Shown here in pieces: positions 17,699 through 26,775 of a stretch of 50,782 nucleotides of DNA (the stretch's first letter is position 1; each line of letters begins with the position of its first letter). The DNA comes from Bacillota bacterium. Its GTDB lineage: Bacteria; Bacillota; Clostridia; Saccharofermentanales; DTU023. Position numbers and translations under genes: made by a program. Under the pieces are notes generated by a model. The model saw only the letters and a list, made by a program, of their open reading frames with translations, made no database searches and was not told where the DNA came from. The stretch lies in assembly GCA_023388605.1 (NCBI GenBank), contig JAEWFX010000021.1, positions 1 through 50,782 of the forward strand, given 5' to 3'.

Positions 17699-18766
17699 AT
17701 GCAGCAAGAGAAGAAAAGAGTTGTAGTCGGACTGAGCGGCGGTGTCGATAGCACCGTGACAGCTCATCTACTCAAGGAACAAGGTTATGAAGTAACAGGT
17801 GCTTTTATGCTGTTGTGGGCGGATCGAATGTCTGAAGAGATCGATCAGCGACGCATAGAAGGAGCCAAACGTGCAGCTGAATTCCTAGATATCGATTTCA
17901 AGGTATTGGATTTTCGCCAACTTTTCTACAATGAAGTAGTGTTGCCGTTCATCGAATCATACAAACAAGGATTGACTCCTAATCCCTGTGTCCTCTGCAA
18001 CCAAAAATTTAAGTTCCATTGGCTGCGTCAAGCTGCAGATAAAGAAGCTGATGCCGTGGCTACTGGTCACTATGTACGTATTCTCGAAGCAGAGACTGCT
18101 GAGGGACCTGAATTGCAATTATGGCGCGGCGTAGATCCAAAAAAAGATCAGAGCTATGTCTTGTACCACTTATCTCAAGAACAATTGCACCACGTCGTCT
18201 TTCCCCTGGGTGGTTATCACAAAACTGAAGTACGTGAGATAGCAGCCAAAATCGGCTTTTCCACTGCTTCTCTGAGCGATAGTCAAGATATCTGTTTTAT
18301 CTCTCCTGATCGCGGTTATCGCCGCTTGCTCGAAGAGCACGACGCTCTCGGTAAGCCAGGTGAATTTGTCGATCAAGAGGGTAAGGTGTTAGGTCAGCAT
18401 CTGGGTATCGGCAACTACACAATCGGTCAACGCAAACATCTGGGTGTAGCTTTTGGCAAACGCATGGTTGTCAAGCGTATCGACGCTGCTAACAACCGCG
18501 TAGAAGTATCTGAAGAAGCAGGTATTATGCAGACCGCCTACCAGGTGAAAAATGTGTGTTTCAATACTTTAAGTCAACCAGTTTTTCCTCTACAATGCAA
18601 AGTAGCTGGTCGCTATCAAGCGAAGGTTGTCCCTGCGACAGTAGAACCTTGTGATGACGGTAATTTCCGGGTCACCTGTCACAGTCCACAACGTGCTGTT
18701 ACCCCTGGCCAAGCCGCTGTTTTCTACCAGGGTGAACGTGTTTTAGGTGGCGGCGAAATCATCTGA
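17699..18766 (+). CDS. mnmA: tRNA 2-thiouridine(34) synthase
   Basis: PP-loop 'VVGLSGGVDSTV', 'NPCVLCN' and 'ATGHY'. An AAGAGG RBS precedes the start. Confidence 0.9.
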   Translation: MQQEKKRVVVGLSGGVDSTVTAHLLKEQGYEVTGAFMLLWADRMSEEIDQRRIEGAKRAAEFLDIDFKVLDFRQLFYNEVVLPFIESYKQGLTPNPCVLCNQKFKFHWLRQAADKEADAVATGHYVRILEAETAEGPELQLWRGVDPKKDQSYVLYHLSQEQLHHVVFPLGGYHKTEVREIAAKIGFSTASLSDSQDICFISPDRGYRRLLEEHDALGKPGEFVDQEGKVLGQHLGIGNYTIGQRKHLGVAFGKRMVVKRIDAANNRVEVSEEAGIMQTAYQVKNVCFNTLSQPVFPLQCKVAGRYQAKVVPATVEPCDDGNFRVTCHSPQRAVTPGQAAVFYQGERVLGGGEII

Positions 18767-18777
18767 AGAGGTTGGCC

Positions 18778-19971
18778 GTGAAAGAAGATAAGCTCACTCC
18801 AGAACAGGAGAACGATTCCGATAAAAAACAAGACTTAGAGATCGAGACTGAAACTTCGGAAAAAGATATCGAGTTGATCAGCAAGTATGACTCTAGCAGT
18901 GACGGTGAGGAGGCTGAAAAAGACCTCGATACAGCTGAGGACGGCAATTCATCTCTACGCAAGCAATTGATCGATGAGATGAAACTCGACAGCAATACTT
19001 CTTCCAGTCGAGAACTCTCTCGTCTGAAGATGAGTTATCTGTTGCAGACTATAAATTGGCGACATGAGCTCCGCAACTTCATGTACTGCTTTATCGGCTG
19101 TTTCATCTGTAGTATCGGCATACATATCTTTTACAATCCTCTGCAGCTGACTCTGGGAGGTATCTCTGGTGTCGCCTCCATCATCTATCAGTTGACCGGC
19201 AGAGGAGCTTTTCTATCCTTCGGTACACTGGTAGCCATCCTCAATATCCCACCTCTCATCGTCGGCTGGGTCACCTTCAGTTGGCGTTTTGTCTGGCGCA
19301 GCGTCATCGGCTCTTTCCTCTATTCAGCTTGGCTGATCGTCACCGAGCCCCTGATGAAGAATTGGTTTGTCGACTACCTCAACAAGCCCACTATGAATGG
19401 CTCGCCTGACATCCTGATCTACTGTGTATTCGGCGGTATTATCTTCGGATTCGGCATCGGCATCGTCATGCGCGGTGGTTATACAACAGGCGGATCAGAT
19501 ATTTTAGGTGTTGCCATCCATCACAAATTCAAACGTCTATCTGTGGGCAAAATGGTTTTGTTCGTCGACGGCGCAGTGGTTTTGTCTACACTCTTCTTCT
19601 ACCGCGAACAGGCTAATTCGGTATTATTAGCGATGTATTCATTGGTATCTATGGTGATCTCAGCCAGATTCACTGACTTCGCCCTCGAAGGTATGGATCG
19701 CAGCCGTCTGGCCTTTATCGTCACCAATGAAAGCAAGGCTATCGCTACTGCTATTTTCATCGAGCTCAACCGAGGCGCTACTGAATTAAAAGCCAAAGGC
19801 ATGTATAGCGGCGAAGATCGCCCCGTCATCTACTGCGTGCTCAGCAATCGTCAAATTCCTCGTCTCAAAGAGATCGTCAAAGAGATCGATCCCAAGGCTT
19901 TTGTCGCCATCTCCGAAGCGCGTGAAGTTCAAGGCGAAGGTTTTGCCAATAGCTTGCAGGAATTCATGTAA
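18778..19971 (+). CDS. YitT-family membrane protein (DUF2179 C-terminal domain) with an acidic N-terminal extension
   Basis: A polytopic core is followed by the C-terminal 'KAFVAISEAREVQGEGF'. The first roughly 105 aa are Asp/Glu/Ser-rich. The likely start is the GTG at 18778, 6 nt after GAAGAGG. The ORF track uses the TTG at 18772. Confidence 0.7.
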   Translation: MKEDKLTPEQENDSDKKQDLEIETETSEKDIELISKYDSSSDGEEAEKDLDTAEDGNSSLRKQLIDEMKLDSNTSSSRELSRLKMSYLLQTINWRHELRNFMYCFIGCFICSIGIHIFYNPLQLTLGGISGVASIIYQLTGRGAFLSFGTLVAILNIPPLIVGWVTFSWRFVWRSVIGSFLYSAWLIVTEPLMKNWFVDYLNKPTMNGSPDILIYCVFGGIIFGFGIGIVMRGGYTTGGSDILGVAIHHKFKRLSVGKMVLFVDGAVVLSTLFFYREQANSVLLAMYSLVSMVISARFTDFALEGMDRSRLAFIVTNESKAIATAIFIELNRGATELKAKGMYSGEDRPVIYCVLSNRQIPRLKEIVKEIDPKAFVAISEAREVQGEGFANSLQEFM

Positions 19972-20909
19972 TGTCTGATCACCAGTTGCTGGCCCCAGCC
20001 AAAATAAATCTTTCTCTACAAATTTTAGATAGACGTCCAGATGGTTATCACAATCTCAATTCCTGGATGCACAAGCTGACTTTGGCGGATCGCTTAAATA
20101 TCTCTATCGAGCGACAAGGTCGAGGCGAAGTGAAATTACAGTGCGTAGCACCAGATGATCTATCTACACTGTTGCCAGCAAATATAGCGGACAACATCTG
20201 TGTCCGAGCAGCCCAAAGTTTTCTCACTCTCTTTTCTTTGAATTGGAATGTAGATATAAAACTTACTAAGCAAATTCCCATCGGTGCAGGTATGGGCGGA
20301 GGCTCAAGCGATGCTGCAGCGACTCTGAGGGTTCTATGCGCTGAAATGTCTGCCGATGCTGATCAGATGAACATCGTCATCGATCAAATAGCTCGCCCCC
20401 TAGGCGCTGATATCACCTTTCTCTTCCTTACAACCTTTGCAAAATGTGAAGGTATAGGCGAAATTGTACATCCTCATAAACCTTTACCTGCCTATCCTAC
20501 CCTATTGTTGAAACCAGAATTTTCGATCAATACCGCCGCGGCCTATCGTGATCTCGCCAAAGCCAGACAAACAGGTACATTCACTGAGCTCACTCAGGCT
20601 ATGACTTGGTTACAAGACGAATGTATCAAGAAAAGATCACACGCTTTTTCTGAGCAACATGAATTGGGAGAATTGGTCAACGACTTCGTGCCAGTGGTAT
20701 TACACCAACAACCTACACTAGGAGAATTAATCGCTGGTCTTTGGCGAACTCCTTGCCTCTACGCTGATATGACTGGCTCAGGATCAACTCTGTTCGCCAT
20801 CTATGAGAACGCAAATCAACGCAGCGCTGCACTCTCTGAGCTTCAATCACTCCAAGTCTATAAAGATCTGGCGGTCAAAGCTTATCTCTGCGAATTGGCA
20901 CAGGAATAG
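19971..20909 (+). CDS. ispE: 4-diphosphocytidyl-2-C-methyl-D-erythritol kinase
   Basis: 'APAKINLSL.I..RRPDGYH' and the GHMP kinase loop 'PIGAGMGGGSSDAAA'. The start overlaps the upstream stop (TAATG). Confidence 0.88.
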   Translation: MSDHQLLAPAKINLSLQILDRRPDGYHNLNSWMHKLTLADRLNISIERQGRGEVKLQCVAPDDLSTLLPANIADNICVRAAQSFLTLFSLNWNVDIKLTKQIPIGAGMGGGSSDAAATLRVLCAEMSADADQMNIVIDQIARPLGADITFLFLTTFAKCEGIGEIVHPHKPLPAYPTLLLKPEFSINTAAAYRDLAKARQTGTFTELTQAMTWLQDECIKKRSHAFSEQHELGELVNDFVPVVLHQQPTLGELIAGLWRTPCLYADMTGSGSTLFAIYENANQRSAALSELQSLQVYKDLAVKAYLCELAQE

Positions 20910-23266
20910 GTTACTCGACGATACAGCCACTCAAAGCTGTGTAGCAGCACAAAGCAGATCGGCAACATCACGAGCAACAAGATAAAGGATTCTTTGTCCA
21001 GAGCAGTGAACATAAAGAATTTACGGAATAAAAGCACTGCTGCCAGCGAACCGACGCAGGAAAAACTATACACTGGCACACTTACCTTGTCCCACGGCGC
21101 ACATACCCTGCTCAACACGATCAAGCTACAAGCTAATATCAAGTGAACGATCACGGTAGCTTTTTCCTCGATGCTCACCCTCAATATAGAACCGCCAAAT
21201 TGTATGATCAAAACTAAGATCGTCACAGTCAGCCCAGCAGGGATGGCAGTATTAGCTACTTTACGTAAAAAATGTCCACTGACCCGCTCTTGGTTAGGAC
21301 GCAGAGCGAGAAAGTAGGCTGGTGTACCTATCGCCAAAGAACTGATCAGAGTGAATTGAATCGGGAAAATCGGAAAACGATCCTGGATAAATATAAAACA
21401 TATCGATAACAACACAGCATAAACTGTTTTGGTGAGAAAAAGGATGGCCACACGCTCGATATTGTTGATCACACGGCGACCTTCCTGTACAGCATAGATA
21501 AGTCCCTGCATATTATTGTCTGCCAATACCAATTGTGCTGTAGTCTTCGCAGCATCAGTACCAGTGGCCATAGCGACACCGCAATCAGCTTGTTTGAGGG
21601 CAGGTACATCGTTGACTCCGTCGCCAGTCATCGCTACTACATGTCCATTAGCCCGCAGAGCTTTGACCAATTGTTTTTTCTGAAAAGGCGTAACTCTGCC
21701 GAAGACATCATAATCCTCTACTAACTCACACCACTGTTCATGGCTAGTATCTTCACCTACTTTGCTCAAATCCAGACAATTATCCACATTCTGCAAACCT
21801 GCCTGCTTAGCTATAGCTTGCACTGTCACGGGATTATCGCCCGATATAAGCTTAAACTGCACATCTTGCTGTCGGAAAAAATTGAGCATCTCACCGATAC
21901 CATTCTGCAGACAATCCTCAATCAAAATAGCTGCGAGCGGTTGTAAATCTGAATGTATCTCTGTGCTGTCTCCCTTTTGACATCCGACAGCTAGTACGCG
22001 TAGACCCCTTTGTTCTGCTGAACCATCATAGAAATCATTTCCCTGGGGGAAGAGTATCTCGGCAGCTCCAAAGAAATAGCTTTTACCTGCGATCACTGCT
22101 TGAGAATATTTGCGTTTTGAGCTAAAGGCGAGAGTAGAAGTCACCTCCAAAGGATTTTCTGAGTCAGCTAAATAGGCAAGCACTGCTCTTGAGGTGGCAT
22201 TGTGGTCAGCTTGTGCTAAAAAAGCTGCTCGAATAATCTTATTGATCTCCTCTGCTCGTTCTAGATCGGCGTAGACGATCTCAGTGACAGACATATCTCC
22301 CGTAGTCAATGTACCCGTTTTATCAAAACAGAGCATATCTACACGTGCTAAAGTCTCGATAGAACTCTTGTCGTGAGCGAGAGTATGTTGTTTCGCCAAT
22401 CGATAGACGCTGACAACTAGAGCCACAGACGTCAAAAGGATCAGACCTTGGGGAATCATACCTACGAGTGCTGCGACGATGGAGATCAGACTGGCTCGCC
22501 AATCTGTGATCGGCGTCAACCACATCTTCGATATGATCAATCCGCTGCCGACGACGACAAATACCAGCCCTAAATATTTCATCACCCGAGAGAGTGAACG
22601 AATGATCTCAGATTGGTTACCCTTGATCTTCTTAGCATCCTTGAGCAACTTAGCAGAATAGGTCTCTTCACCGACTGCTGTTACGCGTACCTGTGCTCTG
22701 CCACTGACTACGAAACTACCTGAAAACAGATGGTCTCCAGGCTGTTTGATCACTTCATCGGCTTCACCTGTCAGCATCGATTCATCGACTGCAAAATTGT
22801 CGGCCTCCAGCACTACTCCATCTACGACTAGCTGATTGCCCACATTCACTGATAAGAGGTCATCGACCACTATTTCACTGTTATTCACAGTCTGCTCTCT
22901 GCCGTCACGTAAAACTCGAACTTGCGGTGCGGTGATCAACTTCAACTTAGCGACAGCTTGACGCGAACGGTGCTCCTGAATAATACCGATACCAGTATTG
23001 ATCAGAGCTGCGAGAATGAAGAGCATATTCTTGAAATATTTTGGTTCATTCCAAGCTGCTAACAACACCAGTACTGCTAACACTGCATTCAAGGCGTTAA
23101 AACTAGTGAATAGATGATCTCGCACAATCGCCATAAAAGATTTGTGCTCTTCTTTTACATCATGATTGACCAGACCTTGTTTATGACGTGCTTGTACCTC
23201 TGACGAGTTCAATCCTCTTTTAAGATAGTCAGTAGATAGATCAGTCACATGCAATTGCTCACCCAT
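20882..23266 (-). CDS. Cation-translocating P-type ATPase (HAD-IC), substrate unknown
   Basis: 'CFDKTGTLT', 'MTGDGVNDVPALKQAD' and 'TGEAD'. The TM4 motif reads 'IPQGL' instead of the usual PEGL. There is no CPC motif or metal-binding domain. Confidence 0.8.
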   Translation of the reverse strand: MGEQLHVTDLSTDYLKRGLNSSEVQARHKQGLVNHDVKEEHKSFMAIVRDHLFTSFNALNAVLAVLVLLAAWNEPKYFKNMLFILAALINTGIGIIQEHRSRQAVAKLKLITAPQVRVLRDGREQTVNNSEIVVDDLLSVNVGNQLVVDGVVLEADNFAVDESMLTGEADEVIKQPGDHLFSGSFVVSGRAQVRVTAVGEETYSAKLLKDAKKIKGNQSEIIRSLSRVMKYLGLVFVVVGSGLIISKMWLTPITDWRASLISIVAALVGMIPQGLILLTSVALVVSVYRLAKQHTLAHDKSSIETLARVDMLCFDKTGTLTTGDMSVTEIVYADLERAEEINKIIRAAFLAQADHNATSRAVLAYLADSENPLEVTSTLAFSSKRKYSQAVIAGKSYFFGAAEILFPQGNDFYDGSAEQRGLRVLAVGCQKGDSTEIHSDLQPLAAILIEDCLQNGIGEMLNFFRQQDVQFKLISGDNPVTVQAIAKQAGLQNVDNCLDLSKVGEDTSHEQWCELVEDYDVFGRVTPFQKKQLVKALRANGHVVAMTGDGVNDVPALKQADCGVAMATGTDAAKTTAQLVLADNNMQGLIYAVQEGRRVINNIERVAILFLTKTVYAVLLSICFIFIQDRFPIFPIQFTLISSLAIGTPAYFLALRPNQERVSGHFLRKVANTAIPAGLTVTILVLIIQFGGSILRVSIEEKATVIVHLILACSLIVLSRVCAPWDKVSVPVYSFSCVGSLAAVLLFRKFFMFTALDKESFILLLVMLPICFVLLHSFEWLYRRVTYSCANSQR

Positions 23267-23338
23267 AAATTCTCCGTTTCGTATGCCTTATCCTCGCTAT
23301 ATGCAACACTGAACGCTCAAAAACATTTTAATTTTTCG

Positions 23339-23347
23339 TGATAAAAT
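23339..23347 (+). promoter_or_regulatory. Putative extended -10 promoter element for thrS
   Basis: TGATAAAAT lies about 27 nt upstream of the GGAGG RBS. I saw no good -35. Confidence 0.35.
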
Positions 23348-23374
23348 GAGTTAATCACACTTTGGAGGTTAAGT

Positions 23375-25315
23375 ATGTTAATCAAATTACCTGATGGCAG
23401 CGATTTGTCTATTGAGGCAGACGCTCCAGCTTATCGTGCAGCTGAGCTCATCAGCCCTCGTCTAGTTTCGCAAATTTGTTCAGTTAAAATCAATGGTACA
23501 GTCAGCGAGTTACGAACCACCTTACATGAAGGCGACACCGTTGAATTCCTCAAATTTGACGATATTAACGGTAAGAAGACATTTTGGCATACCACCTCTC
23601 ACGTCATGGCTGAAGCCATCAAAAATCTATATCCCAGCGCTGAGCTGGCCATCGGACCTGCCATCGATGAAGGTTTCTACTACGACATCGATTTCGAACG
23701 TAATTTCGACGCCGATGATCTCGTAGCTATTGAAGCTGAGATGAAAAAGATAGTCAAAGAAAATAAGCGTCTCGAATACTACACTCTGGATCGTGCTGAG
23801 GCTTTAGCTTGGGCACGTGAACATGGTGGCAAGTACAAGGTAGAGCTGATTGAAGATCTACCGTCTGATGCTACCATCTCCTTCTACAGGCAAGGTGATT
23901 TTGTCGATCTGTGCGCTGGCCCCCACCTGCTCAGTACCGGTCAGATCAAAGCCTTTAAATTGCTTCAGATCTCTGGTGCTTACTGGCGTGGCAGCGAGAA
24001 GAACAAGATGCTCCAACGCATTTACGGTATCAGCTTCCCCGATAAGAAAGAACTAAAATCTTATCTTGAGCAATTAGAAGAGGCCAGACGTCGTGACCAC
24101 AACAAGCTCGGACGTGAACTGGGCTTCTTCATCACCTCTGAATACGTCGGTCAAGGATTACCGCTGTTGACACCTAAGGGAACAGCTGTGATGAAGGCTT
24201 TCCAACGCCGAGTCGAGGACGAAGAAGAACGCCGAGGCTATGTACAGACCATGACTCCTTTGATGGCTAAATCTGACCTCTACAAGATCTCTGGCCACTG
24301 GGATCATTATCGTGACAATATGTTCATCATCGGTGATCCCGAAGAGAAGGAGAGCACCTGTCTGGCTCTACGCCCTATGACCTGCCCCTTCCAATACCAA
24401 ATCTATATGAGCAAAACTCGTAGCTACCGTGATTTGCCTATTCGAATGAGCGAGACCTCGACCCTCTTCCGCAATGAGTCATCAGGTGAGATGCACGGCT
24501 TGATCCGTCTTCGCCAGTTCACTATCTCTGAGGGACACCTCTTCGTCAGACCTGATCAGATCCGCCGTGAATTCGAAGGTGCACTCGATCTCGCTCGTTT
24601 TATGCTCGACGCTCTCGGTTTAGCTGATGATGTCAGCTATCAATTCTCAACCTGGGATCCAGACAACAAGGAGAAATTTATCGGTGATCCAGCTTCTTGG
24701 GAAAGTTCACAAGAAGCCATGAAAGCTATACTCGAGGACAACAATATCGATTACACCATCGGCGTCGGAGATGCTGCCTTCTACGGGCCTAAGCTCGACA
24801 TCGAGATCAAGAATGTCTTCGGTAAAGTAGATACTCTGATCACCATACAGTTGGATTTCCAATTAGCTGAACGCTTTGGTATGTATTACACCGATGCTGA
24901 CGGAACTCGCCGTCACCCAACCATTATTCACCGCACATCTTGTGGTTGCTATGAACGTACATTGGCACTATTGATCGAAAAATATGCTGGTGCTCTACCG
25001 ATGTGGTTGACTCCGGAACATGCCCGTCTGCTCTCGATCTCGAAAAAGCACAACGAAGTGGTAGAAGAATTCGCTCAAGAGTTGCGTAATCGCGGTCTCA
25101 GAGTCAGCGTGGATATCCGCGATGAGAAGATCGGCAAAAAGATCCGTGAAGCTCAATTAGAAAAGGTCCCCTACATGCTCATAATCGGCGACAAGGAAGC
25201 TGAGAGCAAGACCTTCGCCGTCCGCCACCGCAAGCATGGCGATCTAGGTAGTATGAGTATGGATCAACTAGTAGAACGTCTACAAGAAGACATCCGTACT
25301 TTCAATAAAGACTGA
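23375..25315 (+). CDS. thrS: Threonine--tRNA ligase
   Basis: 646 aa. It has an N-terminal TGS-like domain, the editing-domain 'HTTSHVMA', the class II core 'RDLPIRM...FRNE' and 'RLRQFT', and a C-terminal anticodon-binding domain. Confidence 0.93.
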   Translation: MLIKLPDGSDLSIEADAPAYRAAELISPRLVSQICSVKINGTVSELRTTLHEGDTVEFLKFDDINGKKTFWHTTSHVMAEAIKNLYPSAELAIGPAIDEGFYYDIDFERNFDADDLVAIEAEMKKIVKENKRLEYYTLDRAEALAWAREHGGKYKVELIEDLPSDATISFYRQGDFVDLCAGPHLLSTGQIKAFKLLQISGAYWRGSEKNKMLQRIYGISFPDKKELKSYLEQLEEARRRDHNKLGRELGFFITSEYVGQGLPLLTPKGTAVMKAFQRRVEDEEERRGYVQTMTPLMAKSDLYKISGHWDHYRDNMFIIGDPEEKESTCLALRPMTCPFQYQIYMSKTRSYRDLPIRMSETSTLFRNESSGEMHGLIRLRQFTISEGHLFVRPDQIRREFEGALDLARFMLDALGLADDVSYQFSTWDPDNKEKFIGDPASWESSQEAMKAILEDNNIDYTIGVGDAAFYGPKLDIEIKNVFGKVDTLITIQLDFQLAERFGMYYTDADGTRRHPTIIHRTSCGCYERTLALLIEKYAGALPMWLTPEHARLLSISKKHNEVVEEFAQELRNRGLRVSVDIRDEKIGKKIREAQLEKVPYMLIIGDKEAESKTFAVRHRKHGDLGSMSMDQLVERLQEDIRTFNKD

Positions 25316-25334
25316 TAATCTGAAAACATAGACG

Positions 25335-25364
25335 AAAAGCTGCCTGCGGGCAGCTTTTTTGTTT
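25335..25364. terminator. Intrinsic terminator after thrS (bidirectional shape)
   Basis: AAAAGCTGCC-TGCG-GGCAGCTTTT followed by TTGTTTG. Confidence 0.85.
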
Positions 25365-25388
25365 GATGTAATTCCTTGATGAATGCTA

Positions 25389-25655
25389 TCAGTCAGCTAG
25401 GTACTGTTCGATCACCTTTTTCTGCTCGTCATCTGCCATATACTTGACTACCAATTTATCTGCGCAGAGTTCAGCACAGCTTTCAGTCAAAATGCCATTA
25501 TTAGCAGCTGTCATCAAGATCTGTTCAAGATTTTTCTCAGTGAAATCTCGTCTACCTCTGAACGGGAGATCTTGATGCAAATCCACAGCCGATACTGGTG
25601 TGCCCTTGTCGCAGCAATAACTCAGAACAGCATAATACAGTGTATCTTTACGCAT
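25389..25655 (-). CDS. Hypothetical small Cys-containing protein (88 aa)
   Basis: A strong AGGAGG sits 6 nt before the ATG, and the gene overlaps the upstream transporter stop by 8 nt. I recognised no family. Confidence 0.5.
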   Translation of the reverse strand: MRKDTLYYAVLSYCCDKGTPVSAVDLHQDLPFRGRRDFTEKNLEQILMTAANNGILTESCAELCADKLVVKYMADDEQKKVIEQYLAD

Positions 25656-26775
25656 CTTTTCCCTCCTGTGCTCTGAGCTCAGATGGAGATAATGCTATCA
25701 GCATAATGCCGCCGAACATCAAGACGGCGAGCAACCATGATATGGGATGTAACGACCAACCATCGCGTCCACCGAATATCCCTAAAATCAACCAACAAAA
25801 TATCGGTCCCCAAAAGGCATAGGTGCCATTGCAGGCCATGCCCAGAGCCGCTCCGCACATGCTATTCCCCTTGTACCAAAGGCTGAAGGCATAGAGAGCG
25901 AAGAAACCACTGATCACAAAGAATATATAGTTTGCAGGTGAGCTGAAGACAGCTCGCAAGAGATAGGCGAATGTACCTAGTCCCCGTGTTGGCATATTAT
26001 TGTCGCGATCTAAAAGACTGAAGACAGGTAGAACGATCAAAAGATTAGTTAAACCTGAAGTCAATTGTCGGATAGTGATACTGATCTCATAATCGATCAT
26101 GCAGGCTGCCCAGCCACCGACACAACCTTCTAGTCCCCAGCCGAAGGCTGCGATCAAGGCAAGAACAGTTGCTAGAGTGAGTGACGCTCCCTCCGGCACA
26201 CTGAGACCACCAGTCATATTGATCAAGATGCTGGCGGTCACACAGATAAAGATACCGACCATCATGTGCGGCTTCAACGTCTGTTTATAGATCACGCGTC
26301 CCAAAATTGCACCTATGGCAGGACAGAGAGCTGACAAAGGTATGGCGATGGAACCGGCCTGCTGAACGGCGATGATATAAGCTGCTCCAGCTATGGGGCC
26401 ACCGATCAGAGATACGCCGAGCATTATACGGCCGGGTTTGGAACATATGGTAGGCCATAGATCTTTGAATTTACCCTTGATTAAGAGATTGACGATGGAC
26501 CAGAGAGCACTGAATAAATCATTGAGAGCTCCTGCCAAAATACCCAGTAGGATCAAGATTGCATAAGAACTTAAAACACCCTGCTCTGTATTAAAACCTC
26601 GCCAGATAGCACTATCCATTCCCAGCGAGATGAAAGCGGTATACAGGCCGTAGCTCATACCTGATATGATGGCTACGCTCATACCACGACGACGAAACAC
26701 TTTTCGACGATGTCTGAGCGCTGAATTCAGTTGAGTGTCTATACTATCCTCCTTGCGGCAATCTTCCGCTGACAA
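25648..26775 (-). CDS. Polytopic DMT-superfamily-like (GRP/RhaT-like) transporter, putative sugar uptake
   Basis: About 10 hydrophobic segments, immediately downstream of malQ. The start is uncertain: the TTG at 26775 lies inside malQ, and the first ATG is at 26682 (MSVAIISG...). Confidence 0.45.
   Translation of the reverse strand: MSAEDCRKEDSIDTQLNSALRHRRKVFRRRGMSVAIISGMSYGLYTAFISLGMDSAIWRGFNTEQGVLSSYAILILLGILAGALNDLFSALWSIVNLLIKGKFKDLWPTICSKPGRIMLGVSLIGGPIAGAAYIIAVQQAGSIAIPLSALCPAIGAILGRVIYKQTLKPHMMVGIFICVTASILINMTGGLSVPEGASLTLATVLALIAAFGWGLEGCVGGWAACMIDYEISITIRQLTSGLTNLLIVLPVFSLLDRDNNMPTRGLGTFAYLLRAVFSSPANYIFFVISGFFALYAFSLWYKGNSMCGAALGMACNGTYAFWGPIFCWLILGIFGGRDGWSLHPISWLLAVLMFGGIMLIALSPSELRAQEGKDA

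Noticed and set aside
23267-23374. A possible T-box leader upstream of thrS.
   Set aside because: Only about 108 nt separate the divergent ATPase start and the thrS ATG. No T-box sequence, specifier stem or terminator is visible, and a promoter plus RBS fill the space.
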